Shown piece after piece: positions 27,292 through 35,237 of a DNA stretch of 64,000 nt. The notes under the pieces were generated by a model. It was not told where the DNA came from, did not search any database, and saw nothing but the letters and a program-made list of their open reading frames with translations. Position 1 is the stretch's first letter, and every line of letters begins with the position of its first letter. Origin of the DNA: Pirellulales bacterium (GTDB lineage Bacteria > Planctomycetota > Planctomycetia > Pirellulales > UBA1268). Where the stretch lies: positions 2,102-66,101 of the forward strand of contig JBILWX010000006.1 of assembly GCA_044369655.1 (NCBI GenBank), in the 5' to 3' direction. The position numbers were made by a program, and so were the translations under genes.

Positions 27292-29109
27292 TCAGTTCAC
27301 GTTCCGCGCCGCCCGCGACTGCGGCAGGATAGGCACGATCATCTCCGCCTCGAGTTCCGGAAGCGTAAGCAGGGGGCTCATATCTTCCAGCGGCATCGAC
27401 AACATCGAGCCATCCGGCTGCGGAATGGCAGCCGCTTTCGGCGAGAGTTGTTCTTCGGTGGCCAGATGCGCATCGACGATGCACGGCCGCGGAAGCGCGA
27501 GTGCCTTTCGGAGATCGGCTTCGAGCGTCTCGGAGCGTGTGATCCGGGCATATGGCAGATCGAATGCCGCCGCCACCTGCTCCAGGTCCGGCATCCAGAG
27601 CCGATGGGCCGGATCAGTGCCGATGAACCGTGAATCGAAGTAATTCCGCTGCGTGTTGCGGATCGAGCAGTAGCCGCCGTTGTTCATGACGGTCAGGCAG
27701 ATTGGCAACCCCTGGCCCTTCAGGGTCGCCAGTTCCTGGATGTTGAGCATCAGGCTGCCGTCGCCTTCGACGCAGATCATCGGCCGTGAGCCCGCCGCGA
27801 GGCACGACCCTATCGCAGCAGGGAGGCCGTACCCCATCGATCCGAGGCCGGAGGTCAGAAACACCCGTTGGCCCGGTTTGTTGCGAAATCCGAGATAGAA
27901 AGCCTCGACTGCGAGCCCGGAACTTCCAGTGCCCACGACGCTGTCGGGCGGGGCTGCGGACGAGAGGGCTGCCACGAACGCCTGATGCGTGATCACGCCG
28001 GGCGGGGCGGTGATCGGCTCAGCGGCATACCGCTGTTTCCATGACTGGCAGCGGGATATCCATGCGGATTTCTTGCCGCACTGCTCAGACGCGGCATCGG
28101 CAAGAACCGCCTTCACGAAGCGAATGGCATCGACCGGAACCGCCATGGCGATGTCCATGTCGAGTTTCTCGATTTCACGCGGATCGACGTCGACGACAAT
28201 CTTCTTGGCCTCCCGCGCAAAGCCCCGCGGGTTGTAGGCCGTGATGACGTTGTCGAGCCTGCTGCCGATTGCGATCAGCAGGTCGCAGTTCTGTACGGCA
28301 AAATTCGCCGCCCGCCCCGCCACCACGCCTGGCCGACCGACGCAGAGCGGATGTTCCCAGGGAATCAGGTCGAGCGCGTTCCATGTGGCAACCACGGGGA
28401 TTCCCAGGCGGTCGACAAGTTCCCGAAATGGCTTGGACGCGCCGGCCAATCGCACGCCTTGCCCAACGAGAATGAGCGGCCGTTCCGCGGCGCGAATCAG
28501 CCGCAAGACCTCTTCGACCTGTGCATGGAGTTGTGCCTCGCTCACCTCCGCGGCCGCTGGTGGCAGAAAGCCTTCCAGCGTGTCGGGGTCAATCTGCGCC
28601 CCCTGGATGTCGAGCGGCACGTCGATCCACACCGGCCCCTTGCGGCCGGCGAGCATCTCGTGGATCGCCCGCTCGAATTCCCGCCGCGCATCCTGCGGTC
28701 GCTCGATCGTCACGGCGTATTTGGTGCAGTTTCGCACCATCGGCACGACGTCCACTTCCTGCACGCCCGTCTGGCGGAGCGGCCGGCCCCTGAGCCGGTC
28801 CGCTGTCTTCACCTGCCCGGAAATCACGAGGAACGGGACGGATTCGATCCACGCCCCGACCACCGGCGTGAGCACGTTCGTGGCACCCGGCCCCGTGGTG
28901 ACCATCGCCACGCCAAATGTTTCCTTCACGCGGCCGTAGGCCTCCGCGGCGATGCCGCAGGCCTGCTCATGGTGGCAGGGCACGGCCGTGATCCGAGGCT
29001 CGAGCGTGAGCGCGTCGTTCAAGTGCATCGCGCCGCCGCCGGGAAGCATGAAGACATGCTCGATGCCAAGATCGGCGATTCGGCGAACGAGATAATCGGC
29101 GACTCGCAT
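27292..29109 (-). CDS. Thiamine-diphosphate-dependent enzyme, acetolactate-synthase large-subunit-like (YerE-like candidate)
   Basis: MRVADYLVRRIADLGIEHVFMLPGGGAMHLNDAL, and the ThDP motif GDGSLMLNIQELATLKGQGLPICLTVMNNGGY. The start is trimmed to 29109; the track ORF extends to 29418 over the upstream gene's end. Confidence 0.85.
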   Translation of the reverse strand: MRVADYLVRRIADLGIEHVFMLPGGGAMHLNDALTLEPRITAVPCHHEQACGIAAEAYGRVKETFGVAMVTTGPGATNVLTPVVGAWIESVPFLVISGQVKTADRLRGRPLRQTGVQEVDVVPMVRNCTKYAVTIERPQDARREFERAIHEMLAGRKGPVWIDVPLDIQGAQIDPDTLEGFLPPAAAEVSEAQLHAQVEEVLRLIRAAERPLILVGQGVRLAGASKPFRELVDRLGIPVVATWNALDLIPWEHPLCVGRPGVVAGRAANFAVQNCDLLIAIGSRLDNVITAYNPRGFAREAKKIVVDVDPREIEKLDMDIAMAVPVDAIRFVKAVLADAASEQCGKKSAWISRCQSWKQRYAAEPITAPPGVITHQAFVAALSSAAPPDSVVGTGSSGLAVEAFYLGFRNKPGQRVFLTSGLGSMGYGLPAAIGSCLAAGSRPMICVEGDGSLMLNIQELATLKGQGLPICLTVMNNGGYCSIRNTQRNYFDSRFIGTDPAHRLWMPDLEQVAAAFDLPYARITRSETLEADLRKALALPRPCIVDAHLATEEQLSPKAAAIPQPDGSMLSMPLEDMSPLLTLPELEAEMIVPILPQSRAARNVN

Positions 29110-29114
29110 GATGT

Positions 29115-30608
29115 CTACAGCCAGTGCGTGAGCTGCGTCTTGCGGTTTTTGTTGGCGGCGATCGCGGGATCTGTGTAGTAGGAGTCGTCGGTGTAGTGTG
29201 TCGAGGAAATCTCCTCGAATACGCAGCCATGTTCCGAACGCATCGCGTGCCGCACTCCCCGCTCGACGGTGATCACGTCGCCGGCGCGGGCGTCCTGCTC
29301 GACGTCGTCGAGAATCACTTTCATGGAGCCATGGATGACCACGAACGTCTCTTCCTTCTGTTTGTGATGCTGCTCCGGGTGCGACTGCCCTGGCAGCAAA
29401 ACGAGGATTTTTTTGCAATAGGCCCGGTTCACCACCGTGAGCATGGTGAGGCCGTAGCGGTCGAACTGCTCCATGCCGTAGTGGTGCGAAAGCTCCAGAT
29501 CGGTCTTGCCTGGCAGGCTGACACCGCTGGACTTCAGGAGGCCCCGGACTGCGCTGACGTTTTTCAGCACGAGTTCGCGGAGGTGCGTGACCTTCGTGGC
29601 TTCGGTCGCGATCGGATCGAGCGCCTTCACCGCCGACAGCAGTTCATAACGGGAATATTTCGACCAATCGTTCGCGGTGACCTGCCCCTGGGCCGCGGGA
29701 AAGGCGAAAAAGACGTCGGCTGTCGTGAGCACTGTGCCAGCCGGCAGGTCCCGGGTGGCGAAGACTCCGCGACGGAGCGAGCCGAGCGACTCTCGCTCGC
29801 TGGCGGAGGGTTGCAGCCTCTCCCTGGGGCCGAGCATCGCCAGCGACTCTCGGCCGGCCGCCAGCCAGTTCGCGATTTCGGAGGGCGATGCCGAATAGGC
29901 GTTGTTGGGGTATTTCTCCGTCGGCAGACCGACGTGCTTTTCAACGACGGTCGCACCCTTCGCCAATGCCACGATGATTCCACCAGTGAACCCGGGCGGT
30001 TCGTGCGTGGAAAAGCCCACCTCGACATCCGGATACCGTTGCTTCAGAAGATCGAGTTGGTTCAGTGCGAGCCGGTCTGGCGGCGTCGGATACTCGGCGA
30101 CGCAGTGCAGGATCGTGAGCCGCTTGTTGCGGTGGAAAAGAAAGCTGACCACGGCGTCGATTTCCTGAAGCGAGGCCCCGGCTGTCGATGCGATGATCGG
30201 CTTGTCGACGCGGGCAATCCGCTCCAGGAGGGGCCAATCGGTGAACGAGCAGGAGGCGATCTTGACGATGTCGATGCCCTGCGACTCGATCTGATCGACC
30301 GAGGGCTCGTCAAACGGGGTACAGGCGGTAAGAAAACCGCATTCGCGCATCACGGCGAGCAGTTCGTCGAAGGCCCGCCTTTCCAGCCGTGTCGACTCGA
30401 ACCGCTTGACGTATTTGACGTCGTCTCGGCCTTTGAACGCGGGGTGGACGAAGGTGTCGAGGTCGCGGTACTGCAGCTTGAAAGCAAATCGAAACGTGTC
30501 GCGATAGGGCCTTGAAGCCTCTGCGAAGCTGCGGATGACCGCACTCCCATGGGCGATATCGCCCATATGGTTGTTGGCCATCTCGAAAATGATCAGCGGC
30601 TGGGCCAT
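29115..30608 (-). CDS. NeuB-like (N-acylneuraminate/nonulosonate synthase family) with SAF domain and C-terminal cupin
   Basis: MAQPLIIFEMANNHMGDIAHG...IVKIASCSFTDWPLLERIA..KPIIASTAGASLQEID..ILHCVAEYPTP is the NeuB TIM-barrel pattern. C-terminal HPEQHHKQKEETFVVIHGSMKV..GDVITVERGVRHAM is cupin-like. Confidence 0.8.
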   Translation of the reverse strand: MAQPLIIFEMANNHMGDIAHGSAVIRSFAEASRPYRDTFRFAFKLQYRDLDTFVHPAFKGRDDVKYVKRFESTRLERRAFDELLAVMRECGFLTACTPFDEPSVDQIESQGIDIVKIASCSFTDWPLLERIARVDKPIIASTAGASLQEIDAVVSFLFHRNKRLTILHCVAEYPTPPDRLALNQLDLLKQRYPDVEVGFSTHEPPGFTGGIIVALAKGATVVEKHVGLPTEKYPNNAYSASPSEIANWLAAGRESLAMLGPRERLQPSASERESLGSLRRGVFATRDLPAGTVLTTADVFFAFPAAQGQVTANDWSKYSRYELLSAVKALDPIATEATKVTHLRELVLKNVSAVRGLLKSSGVSLPGKTDLELSHHYGMEQFDRYGLTMLTVVNRAYCKKILVLLPGQSHPEQHHKQKEETFVVIHGSMKVILDDVEQDARAGDVITVERGVRHAMRSEHGCVFEEISSTHYTDDSYYTDPAIAANKNRKTQLTHWL

Positions 30609-30793
30609 GGCATCACTGCAGCAACGCATCCGGGCAGTGCACCGCTGCCCCTTCTCCGCAGAATAGTCGATTGCGTCCGGGTCGCGAACAGTCAGCCCGT
30701 TTTGCCCCGAAAAACGCACGGGTTTCGCCACGGTTACACGGCGTCGGGAAGTTCTCTAAATTGAACGCACTTTTACCCGCAACGAGGAAAGAC

Positions 30794-32608
30794 ATGGCAG
30801 CCGACCAGACATCCCCCGACCGTGAGACCGGCCAGCGACGGCATGCTGTCGACGGTGGTCTTTCCACGCAGGATCATCGTGCCTCCCTCCCCTGGCTGGC
30901 CGCCCTCTTGGCCCTGGTCGCCCTCGCCTGGTGTACCGGCACCGGCCGCTGGACCGCCGCCGCCTGGAACACGCCCACGCAATACGGCGACGGCTTCTAC
31001 TGCGACGTCATCAGCACCCTCGCCGGCATGAAGGCCACCGCCGAAGGCCACAACCTGCCGTTCGCCTGGAAAACCATCCCCGAACTCGGGGCGCCCTTCG
31101 ACGGCAACTGGACCGACTGGCCGTCGATCGAGGAACTCCAGGGCCTGCTCGTCGGCCTTTTGGGCAAGACCTTCGGCCTGTTCGCCGGACTCAACCTCGC
31201 CCTGCTGATCGGCCATCTGCTCGCCGCCGGCACGATGTTCTTCGTCGCCCGCTCCCTCGACTGCGCAGCGACCTGGGCCTTCGTCGCCGCGCTTGCCTAT
31301 GGCCTCGCGCCCTTCATCTTCGCCCAGTCGCCCCACCACATCACCGTCGCCTACGCCTGGCACATCCCGCTCTTCGTGCTCGTCTGGAAATGGGCCTCGG
31401 TCGAACCCGGCCTCGAGTTCGGCTCACGGCGGTTCTGGTGGGCCATCGGCATCGCCTTCCTCACCGGGCTCCAAAACGTCTACTACACCAACATCTTCTG
31501 CCAGCTCACCCTCCTCGGAGCCGGCTTTCTTTGGCTGCGCACCGGCTCCCGCACGCCGCTCAAGGCCGCCCTTGCCGTCGTCGGCGCCGCGGCCGCCGCC
31601 TTCGCCCTCATGAACCTCGACACCTGGACCTTCCGCGCCGTCAACGGCCCCAACCCAGGGGCCGTCGTCCGCGAATACAAATGGCTGGAGATCTACGGGC
31701 TCAAGCTCGTCGATCTAGTCGTGCCGCCGACCACGCATCATTTCCAACGCTTCGCCGATTTTGCCCGGTCCCATCGCGCAGCCGCCCCGCTCCAAGACGA
31801 GGGCTCCTACCTCGGCCTCGTCGGTCTGGCCGCCCTCGGTCTGTTGGCCTTCTCGAGCATCGCCGCCGTCGTCAAGAACCGGGCCAACTCGATCCCCATG
31901 GAGGCCTGGCAGGTGCTCTGGATCGTGCTCTGTTTTTCGACAGGGGGGCTCAACGCGATTCTCGGGGCCTGCGGCTTCACGCTCTTTCGCACCGGCTGCC
32001 GCTACAGCGTCGTCATTCTCGCGATCGCCCTGATCTATGCGGCACAGCGGCTCACGGCCCTGCAGCGTGCGGCTGCGTTTCGCACCGACCCCGATACCCT
32101 GAGGATCGGCGGGCTCACCGCGGCCGCGGCGGCCTGCCTCGTGATCCTCTGGGATCAGGTGCCACGGGCCCCGACGGCCGACCAGACCTCTGCGATCGCC
32201 CGGCAGGTCGAGGCCGATCGGCAGTTCGTCGCGCAGATGGAGGCGGCCCTGCCTGCCGGCGCGATGGTGTTTCAGCTGCCGATCATGGAGTTTCCCGAGG
32301 CGCCCGCCCCCGGCGTGCCACCCTACGACCACTTCCGCCCGTATCTCTATAGCAAGCAGCTACGGTTCTCTTTCGGCTCCATGAAGGGCCGGCCCCGCGA
32401 ACAGTGGCAGCAGGAACTCGGGAGGGTGCCGTTCGACAAGGCGATCGAACAGATCAAGGAACGGGGCTTCGCCGCGGTCTCCATCAACCGCAACGGCTTC
32501 CCAGACAAGGGCAAACAACTCGTTGAGAAACTCCGCGGGATGGGGTTCGAGAAGCCACCGATCGAAAGCGCGGCCGGCGACCTCGTCTGCGTGCCGCTGA
32601 CGCGATGA
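30794..32608 (+). CDS. Large polytopic membrane protein with soluble C-terminal domain (GT-C-like candidate)
   Basis: The start is ATG MAADQTSPD. About 12 hydrophobic segments are followed by a roughly 130-aa soluble tail (PPYDHFRPYLYSKQLRFSFGSMKGRP...). Confidence 0.6.
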   Translation: MAADQTSPDRETGQRRHAVDGGLSTQDHRASLPWLAALLALVALAWCTGTGRWTAAAWNTPTQYGDGFYCDVISTLAGMKATAEGHNLPFAWKTIPELGAPFDGNWTDWPSIEELQGLLVGLLGKTFGLFAGLNLALLIGHLLAAGTMFFVARSLDCAATWAFVAALAYGLAPFIFAQSPHHITVAYAWHIPLFVLVWKWASVEPGLEFGSRRFWWAIGIAFLTGLQNVYYTNIFCQLTLLGAGFLWLRTGSRTPLKAALAVVGAAAAAFALMNLDTWTFRAVNGPNPGAVVREYKWLEIYGLKLVDLVVPPTTHHFQRFADFARSHRAAAPLQDEGSYLGLVGLAALGLLAFSSIAAVVKNRANSIPMEAWQVLWIVLCFSTGGLNAILGACGFTLFRTGCRYSVVILAIALIYAAQRLTALQRAAAFRTDPDTLRIGGLTAAAAACLVILWDQVPRAPTADQTSAIARQVEADRQFVAQMEAALPAGAMVFQLPIMEFPEAPAPGVPPYDHFRPYLYSKQLRFSFGSMKGRPREQWQQELGRVPFDKAIEQIKERGFAAVSINRNGFPDKGKQLVEKLRGMGFEKPPIESAAGDLVCVPLTR

Positions 32609-32659
32609 AACGGGCGTCGCTCCTGGCAAGATGAAATCTCGCCCCCACGGAGGAATCGG

Positions 32660-32688
32660 TTGACAGCCCCCCCTAAAAGGACTATACA
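32660..32688 (+). promoter_or_regulatory. Sigma70-type promoter candidate (TTGACA-17 nt-TATACA)
   Basis: TTGACA is at 32660-32665 and TATACA at 32683-32688, about 95 nt upstream of ATG 32782. The ATG has a GGAGCAGGAG SD-like stretch. Confidence 0.45.
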
Positions 32689-32781
32689 TGAGTTCACTTT
32701 GCCAATCGCCTGCCGCCGTTTGCCGGCCTGCTTGCCGTTGGCAAAAATAGCTTTCACCCCTTCCGGAGCAGGAGATCTTCC

Positions 32782-33561
32782 ATGCGCAACTTTGCCGAAA
32801 TGAAGAACCGCTTTCTGGTCGGCTTCAATGAGCAGCAGTCCGAACTGCTGGCGGAATTCGTCGTGGAAACCTACGACGACCTCGTCACCCGGCGGGACTT
32901 TGCGGAACTCCGCGAGGTTGTCGCTGATCTGGCCGCCTCGGAAAAAAGGCTCGCCATCGCCCAGGAACGGACCGAGGCACGGGTTGAAGAACTCGCAGTC
33001 GCCCAAAAGGAGACGCAGGCTGAACTGCAGAAGCTCGCGGCCTCGCACGACAAACTCGCTGCCTCGCACGACAGGCTTGCTGCCTCGCACGAGCAGACGC
33101 AGTCTGATGTCCACGAGTTGACCCGCATCAGCAAGGAGGTGCTCTGGTCGATCGGCGACCTCCGGAAGCAGGTCGGCGGCCTGTCCAATTCGGTTGGTCA
33201 GGGGCTCGAGGCCTACGCGATGGAACGGATCCCCCGCATCCTCGAGCAGCGGTTCGGATTCGTCACCGAATCGGCTGCTCCCGAAAACATCGGCGGCGAC
33301 GGCGAGGAGTATCCGTTCGACATCGTGTATCGCGGCACCTGCGATGGGCACCGGGTCGTGGTGCTCTGCGAAGTCAAAACGAATATTACGATCACCGAGG
33401 TGGAGGACTTCGTCGCTCTGGCCATGCGGGCAAAGCCGCACGTTGGGGCTGCCGATGTTCGCACGCTGTTTTTCGGCTATCGTGCCGGCCACAAGGCCCA
33501 ACAACTGATCGCCGACCATCGGTCGATGCTGGCGTTTCCGCGTGGGCTCGTTGTGAGCTGA
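32782..33561 (+). CDS. Coiled-coil protein with C-terminal PD-(D/E)xK-like nuclease fold (DUF3782-like)
   Basis: The N-terminal coiled coil has a 7-aa repeat, KLAASHD KLAASHD RLAASHE (21-bp tandem, about 33036-33100). The C-terminal EYPFDIVYRGTCDGHRVVVLCEVKTNIT resembles a D..(D/E)xK core. The family assignment is from memory of similar archaeal/cyanobacterial proteins. Confidence 0.5.
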   Translation: MRNFAEMKNRFLVGFNEQQSELLAEFVVETYDDLVTRRDFAELREVVADLAASEKRLAIAQERTEARVEELAVAQKETQAELQKLAASHDKLAASHDRLAASHEQTQSDVHELTRISKEVLWSIGDLRKQVGGLSNSVGQGLEAYAMERIPRILEQRFGFVTESAAPENIGGDGEEYPFDIVYRGTCDGHRVVVLCEVKTNITITEVEDFVALAMRAKPHVGAADVRTLFFGYRAGHKAQQLIADHRSMLAFPRGLVVS

Positions 33562-33579
33562 CAGGCATTTCCATCGCTG

Positions 33580-33621
33580 ACGCTTCGGTCTTGGCGCTTC
33601 GGTCTTGGCGCTTCGGGCTTG
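33580..33621 (+). repeat. 14-nt tandem repeat x3 (GCGCTTCGGTCTTG / ..GGGCTTG), related to the REP-like family
   Basis: ACGCTTCGGTCTTG GCGCTTCGGTCTTG GCGCTTCGGGCTTG lies directly downstream of the stop at 33561. Confidence 0.7.
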
Positions 33622-33680
33622 GATGAAAACCGGCGGCATATGCTCGTTCCCGTGCTGCGTGCCTCCATGAGAGCTGATCG

Positions 33681-35237
33681 ATGACCGCGACGCCCAGGCA
33701 ACAGGCGGCGGTGCTCGCCGGCATCACGTTCGCCGTCTTTTCGGCCACGCTCGGCGCCGACTTGGTGTACGACGCCCGGATGCAGATTCTCACGGACGGC
33801 TTCATCCACGACTGGCGGAACTGGCCCGCCGTGCTCAGCGGACGTGTGCTCGGGATGGACGTGCTCGACTTCAACCGTCCGGCCATGCTGGCATCGCTCA
33901 TGCTCGACGCGGCTGTCTGGGGCCGTGAGCCCTTTGGCTACCACCTGGCGAGCGTAGCCCTGCACGCGGTCAACGTCGTGCTCCTCTGGCTGGTCGTGCG
34001 GCAGGTTGTCGGACCGGAAAAAAACATCCTGCCGCTCCTGGCGGCGCTCCTGTTTGCCGTTCATCCGGTCGTCGCCGAGGCCGTCTGCGAACCGACCTAC
34101 CGCGAGGATCTGCTCGTGGCGACGTGCTCGCTCGCGGCGCTCGTGCTCGCCATGCGGCACGATCCGGCGGCGCCGGGCTGCGACCGCTGGCGGGCCCTCG
34201 GCTGCACGGTGTTGTGCCTGCTGGCCATCGCCAGCAAGGAGGCCGGGATCGTCGCCCCGATGCTTCTCGGGTGCTACTGGTGGCTCTTCCGCCGCGGCGA
34301 GCCGGGTCGATTCTGGGCCGTCGCCATCGGGGGTGCGAAGCTGGTCGTGCTCGCGTTTCTGGCCGCCCGTTTTCTCCTGGAACCCAATCCCTCGAAGATC
34401 TTTGAAACAAAACCGGAATACCTCGGCGGCTCCCTCGCCCAGGCCTTGCTGTTCGAGCCCCGGATCCTCGCGCTCTACGCCCAACTCATCCTGTTTCCCG
34501 TCAACCTCTGCGCCGACTACGGGAGCGTTTCCATCGACCACCTGCCGCTGCCGGTGGCCCTCGTCTTTCTCGCCGCCATCGTGATCGTCGCCACCATCGC
34601 TGCCCGGCAAGACCGTCGCCTTCTCTTCGCCGCTGCGCTGACGCTCTTGCCCCTCGTGCCCGTGGCCAATCTGGTTCCCATCTACCGCCCTGCCGCCGAC
34701 CGCTACCTCTACCTGCCGATGGCGGGCGTGGCAGTCGCCGTCGCCTGCCTGCTCGATGCCCCCTGGCTCGCCGGCCGAGAGGCTCTCCGCAGGCGAGTCA
34801 TCATCGGCTGCATGGCTGCCGTGGCGATCCTGGGCCTGGCCTGCATCGAACGCCAGCGTGTCTGGGCCGACTCGCTCGCCCTCTGGAGCGATTCCCACCG
34901 GAAGAATCCCGCCTCGGTCACGACCGCCGCGGGCCTGGGCGAGGCGCTCCGCGAAGCCGGCCGGCTCACCGAGGCCGAAGCACTCACCCGCGAGGCCATT
35001 CGGCTCTCCAACGGACAACGCGGGGATGCGTGGGCCAGCCTCGCCCTCATCCTTGATGCGCAGGGCCGTGCGACCGAGGCCACCGACGCGGTCGCACGAG
35101 CCTTGGAGGTCGACCCCAAGCTCGCCGACCCCGATGCCCGCGTGGCCGCACTGGCCATGGAACGGCCGATGGCCGAAGACCTCAAGCGGCTGCTCGAGCG
35201 GCTCGGCGTCAGCCGCCCCAGAGTCCCGTGGCCTTGA
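33681..35237 (+). CDS. Membrane protein with C-terminal TPR repeats (TMTC/PMT-like GT-C candidate, DUF1736-type)
   Basis: The N-terminal two thirds are polytopic (VYDARMQILTDGFIHDWRN near the first loop). The C-terminus carries TPR-like repeats (LGEALREAGRLTEAEALTREAIRL.., ALILDAQGRATEATDAVARALEVDP). Confidence 0.65.
   Translation: MTATPRQQAAVLAGITFAVFSATLGADLVYDARMQILTDGFIHDWRNWPAVLSGRVLGMDVLDFNRPAMLASLMLDAAVWGREPFGYHLASVALHAVNVVLLWLVVRQVVGPEKNILPLLAALLFAVHPVVAEAVCEPTYREDLLVATCSLAALVLAMRHDPAAPGCDRWRALGCTVLCLLAIASKEAGIVAPMLLGCYWWLFRRGEPGRFWAVAIGGAKLVVLAFLAARFLLEPNPSKIFETKPEYLGGSLAQALLFEPRILALYAQLILFPVNLCADYGSVSIDHLPLPVALVFLAAIVIVATIAARQDRRLLFAAALTLLPLVPVANLVPIYRPAADRYLYLPMAGVAVAVACLLDAPWLAGREALRRRVIIGCMAAVAILGLACIERQRVWADSLALWSDSHRKNPASVTTAAGLGEALREAGRLTEAEALTREAIRLSNGQRGDAWASLALILDAQGRATEATDAVARALEVDPKLADPDARVAALAMERPMAEDLKRLLERLGVSRPRVPWP

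Noticed and set aside
33580-33621. A 14-nt x3 tandem repeat as a CRISPR or attC site.
   Set aside because: It is too short, has no spacers, and is related to the interspersed REP-like family.
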